From Methanotrichaceae archaeon (lineage in GTDB: Archaea; Halobacteriota; Methanosarcinia; Methanotrichales; Methanotrichaceae): a stretch of DNA of 64,000 bases. Positions 1 through 9,432 of this stretch are shown in pieces (the first letter of the stretch is position 1; every line of letters starts with the position of its first letter). Position numbers and translations under genes: made by a program. The notes under the pieces were generated by a model. It was not told the origin of the DNA. It saw only the letters and a program-made list of their open reading frames with translations, and did not search any database. The stretch lies in the NCBI GenBank assembly GCA_963754945.1, contig CAVWIG010000021.1:32001-96000 (forward strand), given 5' to 3'.

Positions 1-225
1 CGCACATTTGCAGTGGCTTCCCGTACTCAATTACCACCGGAACGGAGGGAGGGGCAACGGGACAAACTTTCTTCTAGAAAAATTCTTTTTTTTATTTATT
101 TAATACATGCGTCAACCTCCAAGCAATTTTCCCGAGCCCGTATAATCGATTTTAAGGCCTGATTTCCAAGGATGTATTCCAGGTGGTAAAAAGAGTTTTA
201 GGGGCAAATTTGACGACTTGGTGGG

Positions 226-1089
226 CTATAACTTCAGAAATTGGTCATATTTTAGCCGCTTGGTATCATCCGATAAATGCAGGTACCTCATACTGGTTTG
301 GATATCATTGTGCCTTAATACGTGTTGGATGGTCAATAGATCGCAGCCATTTTGCACCATTAAAGAGGCGGGAGTATGCCGGAATAGAACATGTGCTCCG
401 CCTTTCTTAGTGATCCCTGCTCGATCCTTGTAATAGATCACCAAGTTGTAGATCTCTTTACGATCATATCGGTTCCCAAAGTCTGTGAAAAATAAAGCTT
501 GTTTGCCTTCTAATTCAAAGTCCGGTCTTAGTGCTAAGTAGTCGCGAAGTGTTTCCGCGGCATCCTCGGAAAGATACACGACAGAGGTTTTGCCGCCTTT
601 GCCATCGCGAACCTTTAAGGCCAACCTATCAAGTTCAACATCTTCAAGATCAAGGTTACATAGTTCGGAAGCTCTTAAACACCCGTAGAATGCAGTCTTA
701 AACATCGCGAGGTGTTTAATATTATTAATCTGGTCGAATATCTTGCAAACATCATCAGAGGTGAAGTAATAGGGAATCTCGTTAGTCCGCTTTAAAAATG
801 GAAATTTCACTTCCTGTCCGAGCATCCTGTGATAGTTCCTGATTGCAAAACAGTAATTATTGATCGAAGATCGGGATAGATTTTTATCCATTAAGGAATC
901 CCGGTACTCCTGTGCCATCTCCGGGGAAGGTTGATTAGATCCGCAAAACTCAAGGTACTTCTTAATTCGTTGCAGGTAATCATCCAAGGTACTCTGCCTA
1001 ATGCCTTGGTCTCTTAAATACCGCTTAAAACTTCTTAATCTGGTATCCTTGTTCGGAATATCCCATCTTATTGATAACTTCTGCCTCAT
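226..1089 (-). CDS. Tyrosine recombinase/integrase (XerC/D-like) of an integrated element
   Basis: Catalytic R (GCLRASEL), K (DGKGGK), HxxR-like (HVLFRH), H (LRHNDI) and Y (SMRYLH); N-terminal SAM-like domain; GAGGT RBS upstream; adjacent to a tRNA 3' fragment. Confidence 0.92.
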   Translation of the reverse strand: MRQKLSIRWDIPNKDTRLRSFKRYLRDQGIRQSTLDDYLQRIKKYLEFCGSNQPSPEMAQEYRDSLMDKNLSRSSINNYCFAIRNYHRMLGQEVKFPFLKRTNEIPYYFTSDDVCKIFDQINNIKHLAMFKTAFYGCLRASELCNLDLEDVELDRLALKVRDGKGGKTSVVYLSEDAAETLRDYLALRPDFELEGKQALFFTDFGNRYDRKEIYNLVIYYKDRAGITKKGGAHVLFRHTPASLMVQNGCDLLTIQHVLRHNDIQTSMRYLHLSDDTKRLKYDQFLKL

Positions 1090-1209
1090 TTTAATACCTC
1101 ACGAGGCAGTCATTAGCCGAGCCCTGTTCACTTACAAAACCCGGTATCACACGAAAATCAATATCAGCAGAGGCGTCCAGGGAGATATTTCGGATAGCAG
1201 AGGTTCATT

Positions 1210-1265
1210 CAGGGCTTAGGACCCTGTCACGAAGGTGTTCGCGGGTTCGACTCCCGTCCCCCGCA
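1210..1265 (+). repeat. att site: 3' fragment of tRNA-Leu(TAG), from anticodon arm to acceptor end
   Basis: Anticodon arm CAGGG-CTTAGGA-CCCTG, variable arm CAC-GAAG-GTG, T arm GCGGG-TTCGACT-CCCGT, then CCCCCGCA; no 5' acceptor strand or D arm upstream. Confidence 0.85.
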
Positions 1266-1395
1266 TCAATTTACCATTAATGATGCTGGTTTTCAAAGGT
1301 TCACCCTGAAGGCCTCCACCTATAGCTGACAGGGTTGTTGAACTAATTAGCGCATACTTCAGGTGTCGATGTCCTTGCCGAAAGACTGGACGAAC

Positions 1396-2472
1396 CTATT
1401 CTTGGTTCTTGCCTTCAAAATCCAAAATAGCCTCAACAATCCTCTGGCTGGCATCGCCCTTGCCGAACATCTCCCTCTGATCGCTATGCGGATCGAATGA
1501 GCATGCAGCGCCGACGATCTTCTCCTTATCTGCACCAACCAAGACGTTCCACCCGTCCTCCACAGTCTCCACCCATTCCGTCTCGTCCCTCATGGTTATG
1601 CAGGGCACCTTCAGCATGTACGCCTCCTTCTGGACCCCACCCGAATCCGTCAGGATCCTACGGGCGCTCTTCTCCAGCAAGAGCATATCCAGATACCCTA
1701 CAGGTTTTATGACCCTGACTTCATCGTTTAACCTGTCCCAAAGAGCAACATCTCGTAAGCGCTTCTCAGTTCTAGGGTGGCAGGGGAATACCATATCATC
1801 CATCTCACAAAGGGCATCGATTATGTTCTTCAGCCTCTCTGGATCATCGGTGTTCTCAGCCCTGTGGACTGTGGCCAGATGGTACTCTTTGGGCTTCAGG
1901 TCGAGTTCGTCCAAAATCCCTGAACTCTTCTCTGCAATCCTTATGCAGTCTCTAAGGATATCAGCCATGACGTCTCCTGTGAGGTGAACTCCTCTGATAA
2001 TCCCTTCATTTTTGAGGTTCTCGACCGCTGTCCCGGTCGGGCAGAAGAGCAGGTCTGAGCAGTGGTCTACAAGGACTCTGTTGATCTCCTCTGGCATGTT
2101 TCTGTCAAAGGAGCGAAGCCCAGCCTCGACATGGGCCACTGGGATGTGCAGCTTCGTTGCTGCCAGAGCGCCAGCGAGAGTGGTGTTGGTGTCTCCGAAG
2201 ACGAGAGCCATATCCGGCTTCTCTTTCATAAAAACGTCTTCAATCCCACTTAGCATCTCTCCTGTCTGATGGCCGTGACTTCCCGAGCCTATCCCTAAGT
2301 GGTAATCGGGTTCGGGTATGCCTAGCTCCAGGAAGAATATCTTGTCCATCTCGTAGTCGTAATGCTGACCAGTGTGGATTATCAGTTCCATAGCATCTTT
2401 TCTGATCTCTCTTGAGACTGGTGCAAGCTTTATGAAGTTCGGCCTGGCCCCAACTATTGATGCGATTCTCAT
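1396..2472 (-). CDS. wecB: UDP-N-acetylglucosamine 2-epimerase (non-hydrolysing)
   Basis: GARPNFIK, HTGQHYD, GDTNTT, HVEAGLRS, PEEINR and TDSGGVQKEA motifs. Confidence 0.95.
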   Translation of the reverse strand: MRIASIVGARPNFIKLAPVSREIRKDAMELIIHTGQHYDYEMDKIFFLELGIPEPDYHLGIGSGSHGHQTGEMLSGIEDVFMKEKPDMALVFGDTNTTLAGALAATKLHIPVAHVEAGLRSFDRNMPEEINRVLVDHCSDLLFCPTGTAVENLKNEGIIRGVHLTGDVMADILRDCIRIAEKSSGILDELDLKPKEYHLATVHRAENTDDPERLKNIIDALCEMDDMVFPCHPRTEKRLRDVALWDRLNDEVRVIKPVGYLDMLLLEKSARRILTDSGGVQKEAYMLKVPCITMRDETEWVETVEDGWNVLVGADKEKIVGAACSFDPHSDQREMFGKGDASQRIVEAILDFEGKNQE

Positions 2473-2551
2473 GCGCGCCTACCTGAAAAGTCAATTAAAT
2501 CTTTGTCTATCGATTCTGTTTGGATGATCTTGGATTTGATATCTAAAGACG

Positions 2552-3613
2552 CTACGGCCTCAGTCTCCTAATCTCCAGATATTTTACTTCTCCATCAGGA
2601 TACGCAAACACCATCTGCTTCCTGACGCTGTGCGCCAACCGGACCGCTCTGGACACCGCTTGTAGGTGGAATATGTAGTCTTCTGGGACCGCGTGGACGA
2701 GATACTCGGAGTGGGGGACCGACTCTAGGCCCCCTACCTTCTTATAAACCCTGAAATGGGAGCCGAACTTGAAGCCTGTCTTGACCACAAGATTGCGGTC
2801 TCGCAGATCCTTGTATACCAGGTACTTCAGATCGAAATCCTGCTCGATCGTCCTGGCCTTATCCCTGAAGCCATCAAAGTCCAGAGGTGCTCCAGACCGA
2901 TCGGACAGCCGCACCAACCCCCTTTCAAGCAGGTAAGCGGACTCAACAAGAGAGAGCTGGAGTCGACCACCAACGGACTGGCCATAGAAACCGTGCTCGT
3001 GGAAACGCTTTGAGGCAGACTCGTCCCAGAGAACCACACGGTCTTCAAGTAGGGTAGCCACTCCACCCGTCTGGGCTACTTCCGTATGTCCGGCCATGGA
3101 CTTCTCTCTGGCCTCATAGAAGGTGATGTCGCTCTCCTCATCGACAATGGCCAGCATAAGCTTCTTCCTCATCTGGCTCGCAACGCGCACCGGTTGTAAG
3201 ACCTCTTTAATGGGCAGAGGTGTACGCTCTGAAATCACCAGGACATAGAACTCGGCTGGAGCCTTGCCAGGATGTCCCCCTCGGGGGTAAACCCGGAAAT
3301 CCGGCCTTCCCGGCTGAACGATGTATCCCCTCTCGCGGAGGTCCTTGTAGACCACGTACCTGAACTCGAATCCTTTTTCCAGGGATGAGGAGATTTGGAA
3401 AAGGGCCTGGAAGTCCAGCTCCAGGCCGTCATAGGCGGAAAGGACTCTGATCCTGGATCTGTCGAGGAGATAGGCAGCCTCCACCAGGGACAGCTCCAGG
3501 CTTTGGCCTATAGGCCGGCCGAAGTAGCCCTGGTTGTAAAGCTCCGGCAAAGCTTTTGCGTCCAACAGAACTCTATCGCCCAACAGCTTGCCGGATATTA
3601 TCTCCTCTGCCAT
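2552..3613 (-). CDS. endA: tRNA-intron endonuclease (two-unit homodimeric type)
   Basis: Two tandem units (LSLVEAAYL...VYKDLRERG; LSLVESAYL...VYKDLRDR), KTGFKFGSHFRVY, HSEYLV, RLAHSVRK. Confidence 0.93.
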   Translation of the reverse strand: MAEEIISGKLLGDRVLLDAKALPELYNQGYFGRPIGQSLELSLVEAAYLLDRSRIRVLSAYDGLELDFQALFQISSSLEKGFEFRYVVYKDLRERGYIVQPGRPDFRVYPRGGHPGKAPAEFYVLVISERTPLPIKEVLQPVRVASQMRKKLMLAIVDEESDITFYEAREKSMAGHTEVAQTGGVATLLEDRVVLWDESASKRFHEHGFYGQSVGGRLQLSLVESAYLLERGLVRLSDRSGAPLDFDGFRDKARTIEQDFDLKYLVYKDLRDRNLVVKTGFKFGSHFRVYKKVGGLESVPHSEYLVHAVPEDYIFHLQAVSRAVRLAHSVRKQMVFAYPDGEVKYLEIRRLRP

Positions 3614-3618
3614 GAGTC

Positions 3619-4788
3619 TTAGCAGCTCAGCTTGTCCGGCCAGATGCCGTGCATCACGCCGATGGCCTTATCCACGGTGCTATGGACCTTGTCCGCCGGG
3701 TAACCACTCGATAGCAGGTAGGACTCCACGTGGTTGGGAACGGCAATGGACATCTGCTCGACCATGGATACAGTCTGCAGAACGGTTAAGTCGCCAAACT
3801 TGACCGGAATTATAGCGTCGGAGACCAGAAGCTCGAAGATCTCCGGGCTGATGGGCCGTTCGATGCCTGAAAGGAAAGCCTCAAGGATCTCGCTGGTCCA
3901 CTCATGCTTTCTTCCCTCGTCCTGGTAGGGCATGACTACTACCTCCCTCGTCTTGGCAAACTGTTCAACCAGTTGAGCAGGCGCGACGGAGCCTTTGAAG
4001 ACCATGTTCAGGAAGTTTGTGTGCGGAACCGTGGTTGGCACTTTGCTTGCCCGGATGGAGAAGTTGACCTCCTCGAAGACAGTCCCGGCATCCTTGCCCT
4101 GGTGGCCGGCACCTTTGCCGAACTGAACGGCGGATGGAGATGCCTTGACTACTGTGTGGGGATCGCCATGCCTCCTGTCGATGTTGCCGAGCATTGCCAC
4201 AAGCCCGAGGGGCCTCGCAGCCAGAGCGAGCCTAGATAGGCCAGTGGTGTTGCAGCTTGTACACTGGACGAGCTTAGGCTTGGCTTTGGAGAACATTTCG
4301 TAGTTTTCAAGGCCGAAGAAGAACTCCCGAGCGAAGTCCGACTTTAGCTCATCAGAAATCTTTGCCTTCTTATCGGTTAGAGCCTCAAGGAGAGCGGGGC
4401 GGTCTGCTCCTCCCATCAGGGAGACAAAGCAGTCGTGAGCCAGCGCGGACTCGACATAGGGGAGCTCTTCGTCTCCGGGTGTACCTACCATGACGAAATC
4501 CGATGCCCCAAAGAAGTCGTCGTACCCGCCCTCTATCTTGACTCCAGCCATCTCCCATTTCTCTTTATCAGCTTTATCGCTCACGTAGGCCTTCACACCG
4601 TCACAGAGGCGGCCGATCTTGGCCATCATGGACTTGGCCCTGGCGTGAGGCTTTCGCACAAGGATATTGAGGTCTCCACCTATTCCTGCAGCCTCCTTGA
4701 CCTGGTTCAGCGCCAGGATGGTCCTTTTGTTCTCCGTCCCATCAAACCCGACAAATCCAGCATTTGATTTCGTATTGACTCCTCCCAT
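3619..4788 (-). CDS. Divergent archaeal (type II) glyceraldehyde-3-phosphate dehydrogenase-like protein
   Basis: SCNTTGLSR catalytic Cys motif, RRxxDP, VPTTxxH; atypical N-terminal dinucleotide-binding motif. Confidence 0.75.
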   Translation of the reverse strand: MGGVNTKSNAGFVGFDGTENKRTILALNQVKEAAGIGGDLNILVRKPHARAKSMMAKIGRLCDGVKAYVSDKADKEKWEMAGVKIEGGYDDFFGASDFVMVGTPGDEELPYVESALAHDCFVSLMGGADRPALLEALTDKKAKISDELKSDFAREFFFGLENYEMFSKAKPKLVQCTSCNTTGLSRLALAARPLGLVAMLGNIDRRHGDPHTVVKASPSAVQFGKGAGHQGKDAGTVFEEVNFSIRASKVPTTVPHTNFLNMVFKGSVAPAQLVEQFAKTREVVVMPYQDEGRKHEWTSEILEAFLSGIERPISPEIFELLVSDAIIPVKFGDLTVLQTVSMVEQMSIAVPNHVESYLLSSGYPADKVHSTVDKAIGVMHGIWPDKLSC

Positions 4789-5021
4789 TTTCCTACTTCA
4801 AGAATCTCGTCTTTCGGTGTATCCCGGTTCCGATCCGGGCTTAATTATCTGTTGTCATTATGACATACCTGGATGTTTCCCCAAGTAAGACGATTTCGGT
4901 TGTGTTTCCTCCTTTTCCAAGATCCAGCATCGGCATCCAGGCAGGATCGCTTCTCAGGCATTTGACTCTCTTGACCGTATTTCAATCTTTCCGGGAAAGA
5001 TGGCCAGATTTTCATACGCAG

Positions 5022-5564
5022 CTAACTTCGACCGAACAAGTCTAAAATCCTCTTGGCGATGAATTCTGCGCTATGTTCTGGGTCCATCTTTGAGGAGTCC
5101 ACATCGATCTCTGGGTCCAGGGGTTCTTCGTAATCTACGTTTACGCCAGGAACAGCCGCTCTCTCTTGGACAGCCTTCTTGTAGATGTCCTTAGGTGCAA
5201 ACTCCGCCTTCCTTTGGGCCTCCCGGGCCATGCATGTATCGATGTCCGCTCGGATGTAGACCTCAGCGAAATCTAGCACCAGTCTTCTGGCAAGATCACG
5301 GTACCGGCGCCGGTTTGCTGTGGCATCCACAATCACATTCTTTCCGGCTTCGGCCAGGAGCTTGGCCATGTACGCAAGGCTGGCGTACACTATCTCTCGT
5401 TCCTCATCAGTGTACTTAGGATTGGGGGTGACCACCCTTCGGATCTCGTCTAGCTGGAGGATCTTAACCTCAATCCCATTTTCAGATAGAAGTGCCTTGA
5501 CTGCCTTGGCGATCGTGGTCTTACCACAGCCAGGAAGGCCAGTGAACCATACAACCCAGGCCAT
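5022..5564 (-). CDS. Adenylyl-sulfate kinase-like P-loop kinase
   Basis: WFTGLPGCGKTT P-loop, LDEIR, VPGVNVDYEEP. Confidence 0.8.
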   Translation of the reverse strand: MAWVVWFTGLPGCGKTTIAKAVKALLSENGIEVKILQLDEIRRVVTPNPKYTDEEREIVYASLAYMAKLLAEAGKNVIVDATANRRRYRDLARRLVLDFAEVYIRADIDTCMAREAQRKAEFAPKDIYKKAVQERAAVPGVNVDYEEPLDPEIDVDSSKMDPEHSAEFIAKRILDLFGRS

Positions 5565-5788
5565 AATTGATCACAGCTCCAGGCTCGAATAAATAACCAT
5601 TCCATAACCATTCCTAAGGCGTGCTGCTTTTTAGTCTTATTAAAAGTGAAATCAAAAGGCAACTGAAATCGAGAAACACTGCCCTCAAATTCTGAAATCG
5701 AACAAAAGATTAATATAAGTGTATTTGATATATAGACATGCAGCAAGTCTTATAGCCCTGTGCATATGGGTATTGGGAGGTATAAAAT

Positions 5789-6061
5789 ATGGCAGAAAAA
5801 AGAAATTTCGCATTGCGTGATGCGAAAGGTAACGAGATAGGCGTTTTCTGCGGCAAGCAGCCCAGACAGGCAGCGCTCAAGGCTGCCAATCGCGGCTTCA
5901 CGGATATCCGGCTCAGGGAGCGCGGAACCAAGAAAGTGCATCTCTTCCAGGGAGAGCGCAAGCAAGTGACGAAGCCATCAAATGCACCGGGCTGGATGCC
6001 TTCAAAGATTTGGAAGCCCAACGTGAAGAAGGTAGGCATCGAGAAGCTCGAAGAGCTCTAA
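5789..6061 (+). CDS. Non-histone chromosomal protein MC1
   Basis: RNFALRD...GKQPRQAALKAANRG...IRLRERGTKKVH...WMP...WKPNVKK signature. Confidence 0.95.
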   Translation: MAEKRNFALRDAKGNEIGVFCGKQPRQAALKAANRGFTDIRLRERGTKKVHLFQGERKQVTKPSNAPGWMPSKIWKPNVKKVGIEKLEEL

Positions 6062-6373
6062 ACATACGGGCCGTACGCTGATCTTCCTTTCTGGCTCAAT
6101 ACACCAGAGGCGCAGCATGACAGAATTCCCCAATCATCTTTATTTTATTTTCTTTGCTTTTGGCTCTTAAGATCCTGGTGGAGGGACTCTCTGTTTCTAC
6201 ACGGTCTTCTCTTCACATTCGCCAATTCAGAAGGCCTATATTAATGCTCCCTGAACTCTAAAATTGAATAAGCTTCGAATATAATGCTTTAGGATAACAG
6301 CTACGGCAAAATCACCAATAGGAAGTTAAAAAGATCACGTAACAGACGTAAAAAAAAGAAAATAAGAGAGGTT

Positions 6374-6685
6374 TTAGCCGAATAGGGCGCCCAGTCCCTC
6401 GATTCCGCTCTCCTCTGCCTCTTCTTTCTTCTCTTCTTTCTCTTCAGTTGCCTCAGCCTTGGCGGCAGGTGCTGCTGCGGTTGGGGCAGCAGCTAAGGCT
6501 ACCGGCATAGCGGACGCCTGGGATAGAACTTTGGCAATGTCTACACCCTCCAGGGCTGCGACCAACGCCTTGATCCTGACCTCGTCCACTTTCACGCCCG
6601 CGGCCTCGACTACCTTCTTGATTCCGTCCTCGTTAACCTCTTTTCCTGCGCTGTGAAGCATCAGTGCTGCGTATACATACTCCAT
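6374..6685 (-). CDS. rpl12: 50S ribosomal stalk protein P1 (L12p)
   Basis: [12 protein letters not shown]-terminus, Ala-rich hinge, acidic tail GLGALFG. Confidence 0.97.
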   Translation of the reverse strand: MEYVYAALMLHSAGKEVNEDGIKKVVEAAGVKVDEVRIKALVAALEGVDIAKVLSQASAMPVALAAAPTAAAPAAKAEATEEKEEKKEEAEESGIEGLGALFG

Positions 6686-6766
6686 TTAAATCACCTCTAA
6701 TTAACCGAATAAAGAACCCGGCCCTGCAGCCGGGTCCTCTTCTTTCTTCTACTCTTCCTTGGGCTT

Positions 6767-7663
6767 TTATTTCTCTTTTACTGGAGCCTGCGCTGGAGCA
6801 GTCTCCCTTTTGGATAAACTCGCTAAGGCCTGGGCGTTTGCAGCGGCGCGTGAGATTACTACATCCATCATGCCCGGCACGGGGATTCCGCCCTCGGCAA
6901 CCAGACTCCTGGCCCCGACGAAAGCCTTCTGCAAAATGGCATTAATGGTCTCCGGCGTGGCATAGCCGATCTCCGTAGCGAAGTTGAACGCTTTTGCTGA
7001 GGCTGAGCCCATCAGAGACAGCATACCATCTACGTCCACGGCTAGATCCTTGGCCTTGAACACCAATCCGCCTTCGTAGATCGCTCGGATCTCCAGTCCC
7101 ACATTCTTCGGGAAGATCTCCATGGTCTTCAGGATATCAGCGGTTTTAGCGGACACGACCTCCCCCTCTTTGACAAGGGTTATCTTTTGGTTGATGACCA
7201 CTTTTCCGCCTTTAATGGCCGCAGGTATTCCTGCTGCTTGGAGCTTGCCAACCATTGGTCCTGGGGAGAAAGACGTCTCACCAGCTTCGACCACTATGTC
7301 CTTGGGTGCTCGTGCGCCTGCGCGCATGGCCATTGGACGCTTGGCTTTCTCAAACATGCTGTAGAGCCTAAAGGGATTTCCGTTGCTGAAGACGAGGGCG
7401 CTCTGGTCCTCGATGAAATCAGCAAGCGGCTTAATCTCCTGAGAAGAGGAATCCAAGGCCCTGCGTGCTATGTTGTTGCGCACCATCTTGACCTCGACTT
7501 CGCTTCTCAGCACTCCTCGCATCTGTTGCAGGTCGCTGGCCGGAATCTCCCGCATCCCTACAACGCCAACAACTCTGCTCTTGCCTATCCGTTCTACCAG
7601 CTCACTTACCTCTTTTACCTTCCATTCTGGGAGATGGGCGGTACGGCGTACCTCTGATGCCAT
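6767..7663 (-). CDS. rpl10: 50S ribosomal protein uL10 (P0); acidic tail cut off by a premature TAA
   Basis: PEWKVKEV, NPFRLY, GETSFSPGP motifs; operon position. Confidence 0.95.
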   Translation of the reverse strand: MASEVRRTAHLPEWKVKEVSELVERIGKSRVVGVVGMREIPASDLQQMRGVLRSEVEVKMVRNNIARRALDSSSQEIKPLADFIEDQSALVFSNGNPFRLYSMFEKAKRPMAMRAGARAPKDIVVEAGETSFSPGPMVGKLQAAGIPAAIKGGKVVINQKITLVKEGEVVSAKTADILKTMEIFPKNVGLEIRAIYEGGLVFKAKDLAVDVDGMLSLMGSASAKAFNFATEIGYATPETINAILQKAFVGARSLVAEGGIPVPGMMDVVISRAAANAQALASLSKRETAPAQAPVKEK

Positions 7664-7664
7664 T

Positions 7665-8300
7665 CTAAATCACCCTTATAGCTGGCCCCATAGTTGTCTT
7701 GACGTAGACCGACTTCAGGTTCTGCTTTCCATCCTTGAGCGTCTGCTCAAGCTTGGTGACGACTGTGTCGATGTTCTCCGTAAGGGCCTTAATGTCCATG
7801 TTCTTGTTCCCGACAGTCAGATGGAAGGTCATCTTGTCCCTGGACCTGATCCGGATCATGTTCCTTAGCCTGTTGATCTGGGGAGTGACATCCTGAGTAG
7901 GAGGCAACGGGGATGGCATCTTGCCCCTCTTGCCCAGAATCGGTCCCAAACTTTTACCGATCACCGGCATGAACTGTGTCTCTGCTATGAAGAACTTGTA
8001 CTCGTCAGCGAGCTTTCTGGCAGCCCTCTTGTTTCCACCTAGCTCTTTGATCTCATCGCCTGAGAGGACACGATCTGCACCGGCACTCTTGGCCCGCATA
8101 GCAGTCTCTCCGCTCGCGAAAACAGCTATCTTGGCAGGCTTACCAACGCCGTGGGGTAGAATTATCTCCACATCCACGCGGTTGGCTGGCAAAGATAGGT
8201 CGATGTTGTGCAGGTTTATGGCCAGATCTATGCTCTCGCTGAACTTTCGGGCAGGCGCAACTTCGATGGCCTGCCTTACAGCATCTTCTATATTTGTCAT
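7665..8300 (-). CDS. rpl1: 50S ribosomal protein uL1
   Basis: RKFSESIDLAINL, LGKRGKMP, VKTTMGP. Confidence 0.97.
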   Translation of the reverse strand: MTNIEDAVRQAIEVAPARKFSESIDLAINLHNIDLSLPANRVDVEIILPHGVGKPAKIAVFASGETAMRAKSAGADRVLSGDEIKELGGNKRAARKLADEYKFFIAETQFMPVIGKSLGPILGKRGKMPSPLPPTQDVTPQINRLRNMIRIRSRDKMTFHLTVGNKNMDIKALTENIDTVVTKLEQTLKDGKQNLKSVYVKTTMGPAIRVI

Positions 8301-8309
8301 CTCAATCCT

Positions 8310-8340
8310 CCGTAGTCTGCGACTTTAAGGTCTCCTACGG
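8310..8340 (-). promoter_or_regulatory. L1-binding autoregulatory mRNA element overlapping the rpl1 Shine-Dalgarno
   Basis: Minus strand CCGUAG-GA-GAC-cuuaaa-GUC-GCAGA-CUACGG: two helices around an asymmetric GA/GCAGA loop, resembling the 23S rRNA L1 site; 3' arm overlaps GGAGG. Confidence 0.75.
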
Positions 8341-8383
8341 CTTCTCAAAAAAGAGAATCAACCCAACTTGACTACCTTGTATT

Positions 8384-8872
8384 TTAAGCCTTTCCTTCAT
8401 CGAGAAGATCGTCGTACTTGCCGTCCGCTACTACCTGCTGCGCCTCTTTTGAAGGCAATCCATCAACGGTCGCGCCCAAGGATCCCGCCGTTCCTATGAC
8501 CTCACGGGCTGCATTCTTCAAGGTCTTGGACAACAAGCTCTTTCTCTTTATGTTGGCGATCTTTACAACCTGCTCTATAGTCAGGTTGCCAACGATCGAT
8601 TTGTCGCCGGTACCCTTCTCTACCCCCATCTCCCTTATGATCAGGGCGGAGGTTGGCGGCGTACCTACCTCTATTTCGAACTCCGTTCTAGACTTGACTT
8701 TGATCTTGACAGGGACCTGCATTCCATTGAGATCCTTGGTCTGTTCATTGATCTTGGCCACTACCTGAGCGACGTTGACGCCCAGCGGTCCTAGGGCCGG
8801 GCCCAAGGGTGGTCCTGCACTGGCTTTTCCGCCAGGCACCAATGCTTCAACAACATTAGCCAAACTTTTCAC
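8384..8872 (-). CDS. rpl11: 50S ribosomal protein uL11 (start may be TTG at 8863)
   Basis: [18 protein letters not shown] motif. Confidence 0.97.
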   Translation of the reverse strand: MKSLANVVEALVPGGKASAGPPLGPALGPLGVNVAQVVAKINEQTKDLNGMQVPVKIKVKSRTEFEIEVGTPPTSALIIREMGVEKGTGDKSIVGNLTIEQVVKIANIKRKSLLSKTLKNAAREVIGTAGSLGATVDGLPSKEAQQVVADGKYDDLLDEGKA

Positions 8873-9330
8873 CTCTGTGCTTCATCTTTGCTGAGCACCC
8901 GTACATGATCGCCCCTTACGGTGATGGGGATGGGCACCATGGCCTCGAAGAGTTCTACTGTGATCTCTTCTTTGGCAATGTCTACACGCTTGACCCTTGC
9001 CTTTTCGCCTTTGAACGGCCCTGAAATGAGCTCTATGATGGCACCCTCGTTTATCCCGACAACAACTGGCCGGGGGGTAAGGAAGTGCTCTACTTCAGCG
9101 ATGGTGGATGCCCCTTTTATAACCGAGCGGGCGTGGGGTACTCCCTGGATTGCCTGATCGACGATCTCAGGAGTGGGTGCCTCTACGAGAACGTAGCCTT
9201 TAAGCACATCTGGTACCAGCAGTGCCCTTATATCATACTTATCCTTGCGTGCTATCTGGGCGATCAGGTTGGCCACCGAACGTTCCTGATTTGCAGTGGT
9301 CTTCACAACGTATATGCTGGTCTCGGACAT
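8869..9330 (-). CDS. spt5: Transcription elongation factor Spt5 (NusG)
   Basis: [15 protein letters not shown] (NGN domain); [13 protein letters not shown]. Confidence 0.96.
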   Translation of the reverse strand: MSETSIYVVKTTANQERSVANLIAQIARKDKYDIRALLVPDVLKGYVLVEAPTPEIVDQAIQGVPHARSVIKGASTIAEVEHFLTPRPVVVGINEGAIIELISGPFKGEKARVKRVDIAKEEITVELFEAMVPIPITVRGDHVRVLSKDEAQR

Positions 9331-9432
9331 TCCGCCAATTTAGATGGCAAGCGTGTATAAAAAGCTTTGTAATACCATGGAAATCTCTTTATAGTATAAA
9401 CAAGGGAGTTGTCTGATGGGTGAGTATCTTAA

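Noticed and set aside
1190-1268. Complete tRNA-Leu gene
   Set aside because: The 5' acceptor strand and D arm are absent; it is treated as an att fragment.
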